Source of the DNA: Histomonas meleagridis 2922-C6/04-290x | Lineage: Eukaryota; Protista; Parabasalia | DNA: 64,000 nt | Assembly: GCA_020184695.1 (NCBI GenBank) | Contig: JAANOX010000011.1 | Span: 620,001-684,000 of the forward strand | Direction of reading: 5' to 3' | Shown: in pieces, positions 33,851-45,826 of the stretch | Numbering within the stretch: position 1 is the stretch's first letter | Layout: every line of letters starts with the position of its first letter | Made by a program: the position numbers and the translations under genes | The notes under the pieces: generated by a model | What the model was told of the DNA's origin: nothing | Databases searched by the model: none | What the model saw: the letters and a program-made list of their open reading frames with translations, nothing else

Positions 33851-34880
33851 ATGAAGAATTCAGCAACTATAACACAAATTTGAATGTTTTGTCGTGAAGC
33901 ACGCTCAAGAAAATGCTTTTACATATAATATTCTTTTATTGTATATAAATTCAAATATAAAAATCATAAATAATTTTGGAGCAAAATTAACACAAATAGT
34001 TTTTTATGCAAAAATGAAAATATACACATGTATTAATTATAAATCAATTACACAGCTTGGAAATGCTCTAAGCATCTATAAGTGAACATATTGTTATCTA
34101 TATATATATACCAAAAAAATTAATATCATTTCACTGAAAGTAATTTTTAAACAAAAATAAATTTATTAATTGCCTATTTTGCTTGTAATGAAAAATGTTT
34201 CATATTTTTGTTTCACAAACCGATAAAGAACCCTGCCAAGGTCCTATAATTGATTTGTTTATAAAAATTATCATATAAACGTTCTTTGGGCTGTTATCGT
34301 TTCTAGTATTATGTAAAGCTTACAAAACTTGTCACTTATTGGAAGTACGTTAATATGCCACTTTCTGAGCGTTTCCTATTAAGAAAAATTCAAAAATTGT
34401 TATTGGAAGGAAAATGATATCCTTGAAGTTTTTAGTTTAAATAGTAATATCATTTTAAATAGATAAATGGTAAATAAGTATAAAAGCCTCTAAGCTTGAA
34501 CCTCCTAAATAGCTTCTCGAATATGCATTTTTCATTCAGAAACAAATTACCACATGATAAACCATGTATAAATGTTTTGTTAGTGGTGTTGAAGATATTC
34601 CTAAGTTTGGATGAAGCACACCTTGTTTATTTTTTATGATTTGATGAATTTATTTGCTTAATTATTAAAACGGTTCCAAATGAGCAATTATATATTTCAT
34701 GAAAGAGTTTTAATAAAAGTTCATATAAGAAACTGTACACTATCTATAAACCTTTTTATAGCGTCTTATAAAAACAAATTCAACCGGTTATTTTTGACAC
34801 TTTTGAATGTTGATTAAATTTCTAAGCGACCGTTTTATAAAGTTTGTTTCGTCAAGTCACCAAAAATATAAAATTTTAAA

Positions 34881-37800
34881 ATGCAACAAGTTAGAACCAT
34901 TGTTTCTTCAATTGATTACGATATAAACCTTGGTTACTCAACTTGGAAAAAAAATCGTAATCCATTAATTTCAGCATTGGGACCCAAATTATTTCTTCAA
35001 ACAGAACAAGAACTTCAAACTACATTTGAATCATGGGAGCTACAAATCAAAACATACCAAGCATCTTCTTCAATAAAAAGTCGAATGAATATGCTTATGA
35101 TGATTTCACTTTTGCATTTTTTTCAAAGAGACATTGATCAAATAAAGTCACTTTGGGATCCAATGATTGATCTTCAATCAGGGGAAGCCATAATATTAAA
35201 AGCTACAACGCAAGTTTTAAGATGGATTGCACAAGAAAATTCAGAAGGAGCCTCATTATTTAAAACTCCGGTACAAATTGCATTTCAATGGGTTCAAGAA
35301 GAAGGCTATGAACAACATTGGTTTAGTAGTCTTTTAATTTTAAATCAAGCAAAACGGTTTTATCCAACAATTGATATTACGCATAATACAGCAAATGTTT
35401 TCCCGTCCTTATTTTCCCTTTGTTGTAATTCAGATTATGACATACGAATTCTCTCAACAAAAATTCTTGAATTTCAATTTCGATATATTTCTGAATATTC
35501 CAATAAAATTATTCTCTCCAAAGCTTACAACTCATGTCTCTCATATGTCAAATCCAATAATAACATTAATTGTCATGGTCCTATGCGTTTTCTACGTTTT
35601 TTATTTCACATCCAATACAAACTCTTTACATTGAATCAAAATTTAATAAACCTTTTAATTGAACATGCGGTTAACGATTATCAACCGTTATCCATTGAAT
35701 CTTTCAAATTTTTATTTAATATCGCAAAAGCCTTTAAAATCATTTTTAATCATCACCAAATAAATCAAATCATTGAGGAATTAATTTTAAAATGTCCTAA
35801 TCCAAATAATCCGCATCCATATTATCATATTTTAGGTAAATTTATTCATGTATTTCATTCAGATATAAACATAATTCCATTAGTACAATTTTGTGAGAAA
35901 CAAATTAACACTTCGAATTCAATGGATCAATGCCAATTTTCGTTTTGTATATTAACACATATATTAGATGAATGTCCAAATACTGAAATATCGACGACGA
36001 TTTTTACAAAAGTATTTTCATTTGATGAATATATACAATTCTTACATCGACTTAAACCAATTCCTAAACAAACGATTGAAGAGTTACATAAATTTATTGA
36101 TAAAAACTTATCACCTGAAAGTTCATCAAATGATAATATTTGGGCATTAAAATTTATAAATGAATTTGCAACGACATTATTTTCTTCATCAAAAGAATTA
36201 TATGAAAAAGTTATACCATTAAAAGAAGTGACTGAAGAAAATGTTAAACTTCATTTAGTAAAATGTTTAGCACATGTCGATACAAGTGAATCATTACATT
36301 TTTTAGTGTTTTTGACTCAATATGATCCTTGGCCACGAGTTCGCTATGAAGCATTAAATGCAATATCACATACAAAAGCATTAGCTTTTATGCCTGATAT
36401 TAATCAAACTTTAAATGATTCATCATTTAAAGTACGTCGATATGCATTAGAAGTATTTTCGGATGCTATTAAATGTAATCCATTAGATTTTTATACTGAA
36501 ATTACTGCATGTGTTGAACATGTATTATCTTCAATTCAATCATTATCTAATGCTAAAATTCGGTCGAAAATTGCTTCTTTATTACCAGTAATTGTTACAC
36601 ATTATTCCGACTTATTAAAAGAATTTATTCCAAACATTGTAGTAATATGTTTAGATCAACTTAAAGCTACAAAACCTATAAAAACTAATCGACCTTCATT
36701 CTTAACGAGTCAAGTATTTGATATATCATCGATTAAACATCGTGATAATTATCGAGATCCAAATTCATTTTTATTTAATCTAAATGAACGGAAAATTAAT
36801 GAGCCCAAACGATATATGGTGTTTCAAGTCCAAAATGAGAAATATGTTAATTCGAGAGATGGATATCTATTACAAACATTTGCATGTTTAGGACAATTAA
36901 TTATACCTTATTTAGATTATGTTTTATTAGCTTTTTATAATATATTTTCGGCTAGAAATTCCCCACAATTATTAATAACTGCAGCGAATTCATTAACTAA
37001 AATTGTATCTTCTTTAACACCTGGATTAAACCTTAGATTATATTATCCTGAGATTATACCCGTTTTATTAAACCATTTGAAAAAAACTCAATCAAAAGAT
37101 GTGGCTGTATCTATTATAGAATTATTAGGTACTTCTTGTGATACATTATCATTTACAAAGAATAACTTAATAACAAAAAATGATATTAATTTAAATGAGT
37201 TATCAGTTGACTTAAAAAATCCTTCATTTTTTACAAATTTTGTTTTATCTCATTTATTACCTTATTTATCGACACCTTCAATCCATTTATATGATACAAT
37301 TACAAAAGTTTTTTCTTGTTCACCTAAAAGTGCTGGTAAATTTATGGATAAAATAATACCAATGTTTTTACGTGGTATTGAATCTAATAAAGGGAAAATT
37401 CGCGAGAAATTATTTGGACAACTTGAATTAATATCGATTAAATGTCCAATAGAAACATTACAATTTATGCCATCAATCATTAAAACTTTAGTTAAACATA
37501 TTTCAGAAACTTCATGTATTAAATTATATGCTTCTTTTTCTTATTGTTTTATGGGATCATTTATACCATTTGTTTCATCATTATATTTACCAGCTTTAAA
37601 TCATTTTAATACTGATGATTCAATGTATTTTAAATATTTAATGAAGTTTTGTACATTTGCAGTTATATTTCAAAGTCAACCATTTTGTCAATTTATAGAT
37701 GCATTCGAAACACAAAAAATTCAACCAATGCAAGTTAAATTTGTAGCTAACGCATTGATTTGTTTAATGCAATCTATGGATTTAAGAGCTTATCAATCAA

Positions 37801-40800
37801 GAATTTCACATTTAACATTTCGATTATTTCAAATAGATAAAGGTAATAAAATCATTGAATTAATTTATAATTTAGCAATTTGTACATCGATACCTTTTTC
37901 TGTGATTAATAATTATTTTACTTCTACAAAGTTTAAATCTCCACATATTAATGAATTAAATAAATTAATGAGTTCCAATATTCGAAGTTTATCTGATGCG
38001 AAATTTATTAAATTAAGACCACCGAAATTTAAGCCATCGATAAATGAAAATATTGAAATCCCTATTAAACATGAGTTTTTTAATGATTTAGAAATCCCTT
38101 CTGAATTAAACATGGTACAATGGTTAGATAATTTATCACGTAAATTAATTAAACAATCACCTTCACCAGTAATTCGATCATGTATCCATTTTGCTAATTC
38201 ACAAAGTAATTTTCGTAATATATTATTTCCTATAGCATTTTTATCATGTTATAAAGAATCGAATGAAAATGATCGAAAAAAGTTTTCGAATATTATTGAA
38301 TCTATATTAAAGAATCATACACATATTGATCAAACAATTTTATCATTAGCTGAAATTGCAGATCGAGCTTTTATACCATTATATATTTCGAATTATGATT
38401 TAGCAAATTGTTTTGAATCTAGACCATTTTCATTATATTTATTACAAAAAGAATTACGAAATAATCCAACAGATCATAAAGTAATTGAGAAATTACTTTC
38501 ATTAAATACTTCGTTAGGTCAAATAGCTACAGCTGAAGGAATGTTAAATTTTTATTCATTAGATCGTAATAATAAAGCTAAATGGCATGAGTTACTTCGT
38601 GATTGGGTTAAAGCATTAAAATATTATGAAGTTAATGATTCAACTTTAGTAGGACGAATTCGTTGTCATGCACATTTAGAACAATGGTCAATAATTAAAA
38701 AGTTTGAACCTGAGTTTTATAAAATGTCTGATAAAGATCGAGCTTCTACAGCGCGATATTTTGCTTGGGCATTTTATAATTCAGGTGAATATGAAAAAGC
38801 AGAAGAAATTGTATCGAAATTCCCAAAACAATTATCTTTAAATGATGCGATATTTAATGCTGTATTTAAAATATTTACTTGTAAATTCGACGAAGCTAAA
38901 GAAATTATTGATTCTGGTTTTTCAATATTAGCTAGAGCTAAAACTGAATTCTCTTCTGGTGATATTAATCGTGCGAATGTTAATTTATCTTATGCACAAT
39001 TATTTGTTGAATTAAAGGAAACATTACAAATGAAAAAGAATCCAAATGAAATTAATCATAATGAATTCTTAAATAAAAGATTAAAAGGATTTAAACGAAA
39101 CTCTGATAATTGGATAAAATTAATGCAAATTAGAAACGTAGCATTATTCCCAACTGATTCTAATTTAGAAGCGTATTTAAAAATGATATCTGTATTAAGG
39201 AATGAAAGAAAATGGAGTCTTTTAGATATATATTTCGAACGATTTTTTTCAAAAATATTTTCATTTGATGTTGAGTTTTCGAGAGCTAAAATTAAATGGG
39301 CTCAAGGTAAACATGAAAATGCAGCGAATATTATACGTTCGATTATTACTATGTTAAATTCATTACAATCGAACAATTTAAATCTGTTTGTTAATTCGAT
39401 ACCTGATACTATATTTCCATTATTTTATTCTAATTTAATTAATCAAGAAAAATTTAAAACAATATTTCCTAAAGAAAATAAATTTAATTCGATTCAAGAA
39501 ATGAAGAAATTTTTATTACAAAAGAATTCATTTTCAAATGAAATATTAGACATAATAAAAAATATGTTAAATATTAATCAAATTAATAAACGATTTAAAT
39601 CTAAAATGTATCGAACTTTAGGATCAATCTTATTATCAAATGCTCCAACAAAAATAAAGTCATTAATAAAAATCACAAAATTATTTAAATTATCACAAGA
39701 AAATAATGAATCTGATGCTAAAGTATGGTTAGGTTGGGCACATTCTAATGCAGTTTTATCTGAGCTTACACATGAAGATAAATATTCATTTAATGCTGTT
39801 GATGGATTTCTTAAAGGAGCAAAAATTAGAACTACAAGTACACTTGAATATTTATGTCAAATGTTTGCAATATTTTTTAGGATTCATGATAGTTCTAATA
39901 TTCCAACACAACTTATTAAAGAATTATTTTCATTACCTTCGAATATATTAAAACAAATTATTCCTCAAATAATTGTCCACATAAATCATCCTGATCCTCG
40001 ATTTAAAGATATTGTACATAAGATATTATATAATTATGGAAAAGATCATTTCCAACATTTATTCTTCCAAATTAATATCTATAAATTTAGTAAAAATGTC
40101 GAAAAAGCAAAATTCTCAAATGAATTAATCGAGAATTTGGCTTATGGTAATGAAGAAATCAAAAAAGATGCCGAAATATTCGTCGATGGAATGATGAAAG
40201 CTGCAATTACATGTTTCGAACAATGGATAAATACTTTACATAATGCTTTACATGCACAAAACGAAGGTCAAATTGATTTAATGAATAATATATTAGAAAC
40301 TCAATTCATTAAATATCAAAACCCTCAAAACGATCTTGATAAATTATTTATACGAATTCATGGAAAACGTATTAATGAATGTTATAATTTATTTGTTGAA
40401 AATAGCACCGAATCAATGAACAAAATGTGGAAAATTTTTAAGGAACTTTATGAATTATTATCTGAACAAATTAAAAGACTTGACTTAATATTATTACCAA
40501 AAGTTAGTAATGAACTTGCAAAAAAAAGAGGTTTCGCAATATGTATCCCTGGAATGGAAGACACAAATGAAAAAATCGATTACATCGAATCTGCTTTACA
40601 AGTGTTAAATACTCAACAACATCCAAGATGTATAATAATAGTTACAAACACTGGCCAAAAAATGAAATTCTTATTAAAGGGTAATGAAGATTTAAGACTT
40701 GATAAAAGAGTAATGCAATTCTTTACGTTAATTAATTCATTGTTAAATCATACAAGAATTACAAGAGAATATGAAGCAACGATAGTAGAATATTCAATAG

Positions 40801-41594
40801 TGCCGATAGCACCGAACGTTGGAATAATTCAATGGATTACTGGGGCCGATACATTGCATCAGATAATTTGTGAAATGAGAGATTTGAAAGATATAAGTCA
40901 AACCGCTGAATTTGATATACTTTCTGAATTCAACGGAGGTTTATCAAGCTGTTTGAATAATTTACAAAAACTGGAGGCGTTTTATGTGGTGGATGAAAAA
41001 ATTAAAGCAACTGAAATTAGAGATTTCCTTTGGACTAGAGCACCAAATGCAGCCGTATGGTTTCATAGATGTTCTTTATTTTGTATAACTACTGCATTAA
41101 TGTCAATGATAGGTTACATTATAGGTTTAGGTGATAGACATCCTTCTAATATAATGATACAAAGAGAAACCGGTAAAGTCATTCATATTGATTTTGGAGA
41201 CTCTTTTGAAGTAGCTATCAATAGAGAAAATTATCCCGAAAAAGTTCCATTTAGATTAACTAGAATGATTGTTAATGCTTTGGATGGACCTGGATATGGT
41301 TTGTTTAGGAAGGCTTGTGAAGATATAATGTGGGTTTTAAGAGATAATCGAGGTTCACTTGTTGCTTTACTCGAAATTTTCATTCATGAACCTTTGGAAG
41401 ATGTTTTATATGAAGAAAAGTATCATCAATCTCCAAATTATATCTTAGAAAGAGTTTCATTAAAATTAATGGGCAAAGAAATCGAAGATAAAAAAGATAT
41501 GAACGTAGAAACTCAAGTGGACATGCTAATAAAAGAGGCAATTAACCCTGAAAATTATATAAGACATTATGCAGGTTGGTGCCCTTATTGGTAA
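34881..41594 (+). CDS. TOR: TOR-family PIKK kinase (HEAT-FAT-FRB-kinase-FATC)
   Basis: LLKGNEDLRLDKRVMQ, GLGDRHPSNIM, IHIDFG, PEKVPFRLTRM, and FATC end HYAGWCPYW*. Confidence 0.95.
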   Translation: MQQVRTIVSSIDYDINLGYSTWKKNRNPLISALGPKLFLQTEQELQTTFESWELQIKTYQASSSIKSRMNMLMMISLLHFFQRDIDQIKSLWDPMIDLQSGEAIILKATTQVLRWIAQENSEGASLFKTPVQIAFQWVQEEGYEQHWFSSLLILNQAKRFYPTIDITHNTANVFPSLFSLCCNSDYDIRILSTKILEFQFRYISEYSNKIILSKAYNSCLSYVKSNNNINCHGPMRFLRFLFHIQYKLFTLNQNLINLLIEHAVNDYQPLSIESFKFLFNIAKAFKIIFNHHQINQIIEELILKCPNPNNPHPYYHILGKFIHVFHSDINIIPLVQFCEKQINTSNSMDQCQFSFCILTHILDECPNTEISTTIFTKVFSFDEYIQFLHRLKPIPKQTIEELHKFIDKNLSPESSSNDNIWALKFINEFATTLFSSSKELYEKVIPLKEVTEENVKLHLVKCLAHVDTSESLHFLVFLTQYDPWPRVRYEALNAISHTKALAFMPDINQTLNDSSFKVRRYALEVFSDAIKCNPLDFYTEITACVEHVLSSIQSLSNAKIRSKIASLLPVIVTHYSDLLKEFIPNIVVICLDQLKATKPIKTNRPSFLTSQVFDISSIKHRDNYRDPNSFLFNLNERKINEPKRYMVFQVQNEKYVNSRDGYLLQTFACLGQLIIPYLDYVLLAFYNIFSARNSPQLLITAANSLTKIVSSLTPGLNLRLYYPEIIPVLLNHLKKTQSKDVAVSIIELLGTSCDTLSFTKNNLITKNDINLNELSVDLKNPSFFTNFVLSHLLPYLSTPSIHLYDTITKVFSCSPKSAGKFMDKIIPMFLRGIESNKGKIREKLFGQLELISIKCPIETLQFMPSIIKTLVKHISETSCIKLYASFSYCFMGSFIPFVSSLYLPALNHFNTDDSMYFKYLMKFCTFAVIFQSQPFCQFIDAFETQKIQPMQVKFVANALICLMQSMDLRAYQSRISHLTFRLFQIDKGNKIIELIYNLAICTSIPFSVINNYFTSTKFKSPHINELNKLMSSNIRSLSDAKFIKLRPPKFKPSINENIEIPIKHEFFNDLEIPSELNMVQWLDNLSRKLIKQSPSPVIRSCIHFANSQSNFRNILFPIAFLSCYKESNENDRKKFSNIIESILKNHTHIDQTILSLAEIADRAFIPLYISNYDLANCFESRPFSLYLLQKELRNNPTDHKVIEKLLSLNTSLGQIATAEGMLNFYSLDRNNKAKWHELLRDWVKALKYYEVNDSTLVGRIRCHAHLEQWSIIKKFEPEFYKMSDKDRASTARYFAWAFYNSGEYEKAEEIVSKFPKQLSLNDAIFNAVFKIFTCKFDEAKEIIDSGFSILARAKTEFSSGDINRANVNLSYAQLFVELKETLQMKKNPNEINHNEFLNKRLKGFKRNSDNWIKLMQIRNVALFPTDSNLEAYLKMISVLRNERKWSLLDIYFERFFSKIFSFDVEFSRAKIKWAQGKHENAANIIRSIITMLNSLQSNNLNLFVNSIPDTIFPLFYSNLINQEKFKTIFPKENKFNSIQEMKKFLLQKNSFSNEILDIIKNMLNINQINKRFKSKMYRTLGSILLSNAPTKIKSLIKITKLFKLSQENNESDAKVWLGWAHSNAVLSELTHEDKYSFNAVDGFLKGAKIRTTSTLEYLCQMFAIFFRIHDSSNIPTQLIKELFSLPSNILKQIIPQIIVHINHPDPRFKDIVHKILYNYGKDHFQHLFFQINIYKFSKNVEKAKFSNELIENLAYGNEEIKKDAEIFVDGMMKAAITCFEQWINTLHNALHAQNEGQIDLMNNILETQFIKYQNPQNDLDKLFIRIHGKRINECYNLFVENSTESMNKMWKIFKELYELLSEQIKRLDLILLPKVSNELAKKRGFAICIPGMEDTNEKIDYIESALQVLNTQQHPRCIIIVTNTGQKMKFLLKGNEDLRLDKRVMQFFTLINSLLNHTRITREYEATIVEYSIVPIAPNVGIIQWITGADTLHQIICEMRDLKDISQTAEFDILSEFNGGLSSCLNNLQKLEAFYVVDEKIKATEIRDFLWTRAPNAAVWFHRCSLFCITTALMSMIGYIIGLGDRHPSNIMIQRETGKVIHIDFGDSFEVAINRENYPEKVPFRLTRMIVNALDGPGYGLFRKACEDIMWVLRDNRGSLVALLEIFIHEPLEDVLYEEKYHQSPNYILERVSLKLMGKEIEDKKDMNVETQVDMLIKEAINPENYIRHYAGWCPYW

Positions 41595-41817
41595 TTACAG
41601 ATAATAAAATTGTTTTTTAAGTGAATTTTATATTTTACAAAATGATTTTAAGGCTTAAAAAAAAAACTATAGTAATATATTTTGGATATTTTTTGGAGAA
41701 TGATAAAAGAACCGATAATGGTTTTGAACGGTGTAAATAATAACCTCCTTCAGATTGAATGATATACAATAAGGCGCATTGAAAATACAAGGTTCTCCAT
41801 TCCTAAAGCAAATCCCA

Positions 41818-44721
41818 ATGATTTTGTTACTTGGATTTGCAAGATGTGCTTCTGTGTTCTATGATGTTTGCTTTAAAACATCAGGGGGTTATTGTCCAAG
41901 CGGTATGGACACAATAACTGATTGGAATCAATTTAAAGAACATGAAGGATATGACAATTATAGAATTTATATTCAAGGAAATACAAATTCGCCAGCATCC
42001 GTTGATACAAATATTTTCCCGACTGGAACAATATTAGAATTTGTTGGAAATTCATCACTTAATCCTACATTGAGAATCAAATTAAAATATGATTTATATT
42101 ATTCATTCGATACATTAAACATTGTTCCAACAGATGGAAATAATGAAATTGATTATATTAAGGTGAAATCATTATCATTAACAAATTCTAAGCCAACAAA
42201 GAAAATTTCTCTTTCAACAATTTCATTTACAACTGATGGTTCGAATTTAGATATGTTTGATTCTATTTTAGTATCTGATTTTTCACTTAAATCAGAATTA
42301 AAATCATCACAAGAAATAAAAATGATATCAACTTATAAAAACAAAATCTCAATTGAAGCTGACAATGGTAAATTCCAACTTAATTTTTTGGATTCACAAA
42401 TTGAAATTCTTCATAATCAAAAATTAACATTTTCTTTTCCAAAATTGGCACCACTTGACTTTTACTATAATAACATCAATGGTGATACAAATGTATCAAT
42501 AACAAATTCCTTATTACTTCAAAATCAAGATAATGATATTCAAATATATTCTCAATATCTAAAAGTTGATTCAACTTCTAATGACATTGTTCCATCTATT
42601 AATTTTTATATGGATTATATCAATGCTCATTTTACAAATAATTGTCCAAATTGTATTTTTTCATTTAATAGCCTTCTTTATGAAGCAGAAACAGAATCTA
42701 AGATTTCCATTGACTCTAAAACACCTACGATTGACTCTATCATCATTGGCGACAACCAAAAAATCTCACTTCCCTCGTCACTTTTTGTCAAAAACTTAAC
42801 GGGCGGCAACTCGACGATACACGTAAACGGACTCCGCGTAAACGTCCTCCGCAGTATGTGTGATGATCCAGTCAAAACATTTTATATCAATGATGAAAGT
42901 GTTACAACAATATATGATATTATCCAATTATCACAAGGTGATTTATCACTTACTGATTTTGATGTTAATTCCACATTTGAAGGAATTATTATTCCAATTG
43001 AAGAAGACTTTTCACCAATAACTATGCAAACAGTTTATTCTAATTCATATTTAGGAAGTACCATTATCAAATATGGCTTTAAGTTTTATATTCCTACAAC
43101 AAATTTTGATTTCCAACGAATTCATGTCTTTTCCACAACAGAAAACAAATTAATATATTCACAAAGCAACGATTTTAATGAAAGTTTATTTACACTTTAT
43201 GAAGATAATTTTATATCACGTTATAACATATCATTATCATATGAAGCAAATAAATTATATTTTGTTCATGATCCTGAATTATCAGATATCTCAATAAGTA
43301 TACCATATCCTGATTACGAAGGATATTATGAGAATGAATGGACGACATATGTTAAGTCGATTACTAAAGATGTAACATTTATCATTGAAGAATCGATGAA
43401 TTCGACAAGTCAATCAATATCAATCGAAAACGAAAACAAAGTAACGAGAATGAAGTTTATATCATCCGAAAAGTTAAATATAAATATTAAAAACATCAAA
43501 AACTTTCCACGTAATTTCTATGTTGAAAACTTAGTGATTAATATTCTTGATGAAGACACAACAATTAATGGAATCATTCATACAATGACATTAATCAATT
43601 CTTCATTAACGAAACAAATATCAGCAAGAAATATTAATGGAATTAAGATGACATTCGACTCAATTAATTCATTATCTAACTTAAATGAAACTAAAGAAAA
43701 AATAATTTTAATGCCAAACTTCGATAATAATGATTTAATTGTTGTAGATAATGATAATTGGATTATTAACAATGTGAAAATTCCATTCGATATGAAAGAT
43801 AAAACAATAATTGATGGAAGTATTAATCCGATTTTAAATATACAAAAGTCAAATGAAAATATAAATATGTTACCAATTCATGTAAGAAATGTAAAGCAAA
43901 TTAATTTCATCGGTGATTGGAATAATAATGATGAAGCTGTAATTTTGGATAATATTATAAATGATGAAATTATATTTAAAACTTCAAAGTTAATTCCAAT
44001 GAAATATTCAAACGAAATTTTCGATGGTAAAAATATTTATTTGGATTCTGATTCAAATGAAATTGAATTACCTGAACTACTTTTAAATAATATTCATAAT
44101 ATAAAAATTGGTAAAATTAATCCGAAATTAAAAATTAAGATTTCAAACATTACAATCGATAAAGAAAATTTGTCAGTTAACGGTGATGTTAATTTGGAGA
44201 ACGTTAAGATCAGTAACGGTCGCGATTTAACGGTCTACGAGTCGACCGTTAGCAATGTTACAATGGTTGGTGAATCTTCAATTAATACTCATGAATCTAT
44301 ATTGAAAAATGTTAACATGGAAATAAATGAAAAAGGATTTCCACTTATTAGTGGTTTCCAAGATTTTGATGCAACAAAACTTACATTAGAATCTAATGAG
44401 AATGAATCAATATGGAAATATATCATCTGCGGTAACTTCGATTGTGATGGATTTGTTAGGAATTCTTTTGTGAATAAGGATAACTTTAATTGGAGATGTG
44501 ATTTCAATGATACTCAAACTTGTTTAGCTGTAGATACACTAATGAAGGAAATAACTCCTCAAAGCGGACTTTCGAAAGGTGCTATTGCTGCAATTGTTAT
44601 TGTTTCAATAATTGTTGTTGCAGGAATCGCCTTCGGCGCTTACCTATTTATTAAGAAAAAGACCAAGAAGAAGGAATTCAGTGAATTTGTGATAGATGGA
44701 AGTGATGTTTTAGAAATGTAA
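41818..44721 (+). CDS. Type I membrane surface protein (signal peptide, large extracellular domain, C-terminal TM)
   Basis: MILLLGFARCA N-terminus; TM GLSKGAIAAIVIVSIIVVAGIAFGAYLFI followed by KKK. First ATG is 41818. Confidence 0.85.
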   Translation: MILLLGFARCASVFYDVCFKTSGGYCPSGMDTITDWNQFKEHEGYDNYRIYIQGNTNSPASVDTNIFPTGTILEFVGNSSLNPTLRIKLKYDLYYSFDTLNIVPTDGNNEIDYIKVKSLSLTNSKPTKKISLSTISFTTDGSNLDMFDSILVSDFSLKSELKSSQEIKMISTYKNKISIEADNGKFQLNFLDSQIEILHNQKLTFSFPKLAPLDFYYNNINGDTNVSITNSLLLQNQDNDIQIYSQYLKVDSTSNDIVPSINFYMDYINAHFTNNCPNCIFSFNSLLYEAETESKISIDSKTPTIDSIIIGDNQKISLPSSLFVKNLTGGNSTIHVNGLRVNVLRSMCDDPVKTFYINDESVTTIYDIIQLSQGDLSLTDFDVNSTFEGIIIPIEEDFSPITMQTVYSNSYLGSTIIKYGFKFYIPTTNFDFQRIHVFSTTENKLIYSQSNDFNESLFTLYEDNFISRYNISLSYEANKLYFVHDPELSDISISIPYPDYEGYYENEWTTYVKSITKDVTFIIEESMNSTSQSISIENENKVTRMKFISSEKLNINIKNIKNFPRNFYVENLVINILDEDTTINGIIHTMTLINSSLTKQISARNINGIKMTFDSINSLSNLNETKEKIILMPNFDNNDLIVVDNDNWIINNVKIPFDMKDKTIIDGSINPILNIQKSNENINMLPIHVRNVKQINFIGDWNNNDEAVILDNIINDEIIFKTSKLIPMKYSNEIFDGKNIYLDSDSNEIELPELLLNNIHNIKIGKINPKLKIKISNITIDKENLSVNGDVNLENVKISNGRDLTVYESTVSNVTMVGESSINTHESILKNVNMEINEKGFPLISGFQDFDATKLTLESNENESIWKYIICGNFDCDGFVRNSFVNKDNFNWRCDFNDTQTCLAVDTLMKEITPQSGLSKGAIAAIVIVSIIVVAGIAFGAYLFIKKKTKKKEFSEFVIDGSDVLEM

Positions 44722-45008
44722 TTAATGATATAATTCTTCAATAAATAAAAAGTTTTAGATTCTAGATTCTAAAAGCGAACGTTTATTTACAAACTTTTTG
44801 TATTATTAACTGGTCAATTGTGAGCCATTTCTTTTCTTGAATTTTGTTGCTTTACTTCCTTTAAAACTTAAAAAATAACTAGTTTTAGGAATGTTTAGTT
44901 ATTAATAACATGATTTTCTGGTGAAAAAATTATTTGCTGATGCAACAAAATTTAAAATTAATATTTCGGAAAAGATAAAAGATAGTTTAATGCAATTGCG
45001 ATGGTTAT

Positions 45009-45551
45009 CTATTGCGTTCTTACTTGTTCTTTTGTGATTTGTTCTGAAATAATTGGAACGCCAACATTTGTAATAGGAGTTGAAGCGGCTAAAAAAATTG
45101 TTCCAAGTGGCTTCGGGCATCGTATTGTCCATTTTCTTAACTCAGCAAAATTATCTTTGATAATTGGATAATATGATGATATTGTTACGTTGCAAGAAAA
45201 ATCATTGCTTGTTGGAACTGTCATATAACCAATACCTTGAAGCATTGCATTTATCGAAGACTTACATTTTGAAGTCAAAATTCTTAATTGTCGTGTATTA
45301 ATAATTATTGCATTATCAATCCATCCGATCCCACAAACAATTGATCTTTTCCAATCATCTGCATCATTCTTTGTTATGAATGCTTTAATCGTTGACAAAA
45401 TATCATTATTGATAGCCTTTGAATGATGCCTTCTATGTTTGCATTCAGATGACGACAACATTTTTTGAATATTAAGGTATGACGCCTTATCAACATCATT
45501 TATTAATTCCCAGTACATTGGAATGTTTTGTGTGGTTTTTGTCTCACTCAT
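45009..45551 (-). CDS. Initiator-binding-domain (IBP39-like) protein
   Basis: DDWKRSIVCGIGWIDNAIIINTRQLRILTSKCKSSINAML…GY is the IBD signature. First ATG is 45551. Confidence 0.85.
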   Translation of the reverse strand: MSETKTTQNIPMYWELINDVDKASYLNIQKMLSSSECKHRRHHSKAINNDILSTIKAFITKNDADDWKRSIVCGIGWIDNAIIINTRQLRILTSKCKSSINAMLQGIGYMTVPTSNDFSCNVTISSYYPIIKDNFAELRKWTIRCPKPLGTIFLAASTPITNVGVPIISEQITKEQVRTQ

Positions 45552-45826
45552 TTTCCTTCCCAAAACCGTTAATAACCATAGAAAAAATCGTGTAAACTAA
45601 TCAAAACATCTTTCTCCCTTTTTGTGAAACCTTATAGAATTTTTTATTGAAATTTTGAGAATTCGGAGTTCACAACCGCTTATGGTGGGCTAACCCATAA
45701 AAATTCTGCGCGGACGATAGAGAATTGACTATTAATTTCGATCGTTTTTACCTGAAAAGTCTCTATCGGCAAACAGAAAGTTTCGATTATTTTGCTAAAA
45801 AAACACAGATAATATATATTTTTCAA

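Noticed and set aside
34220-34650. Possible minus-strand kinase remnant (LHPNLGISSTP…LYMV; SCGNL; HN…SPKNV)
   Set aside because: The motifs are scattered over several frames with many stops; too weak to call without tBLASTn.
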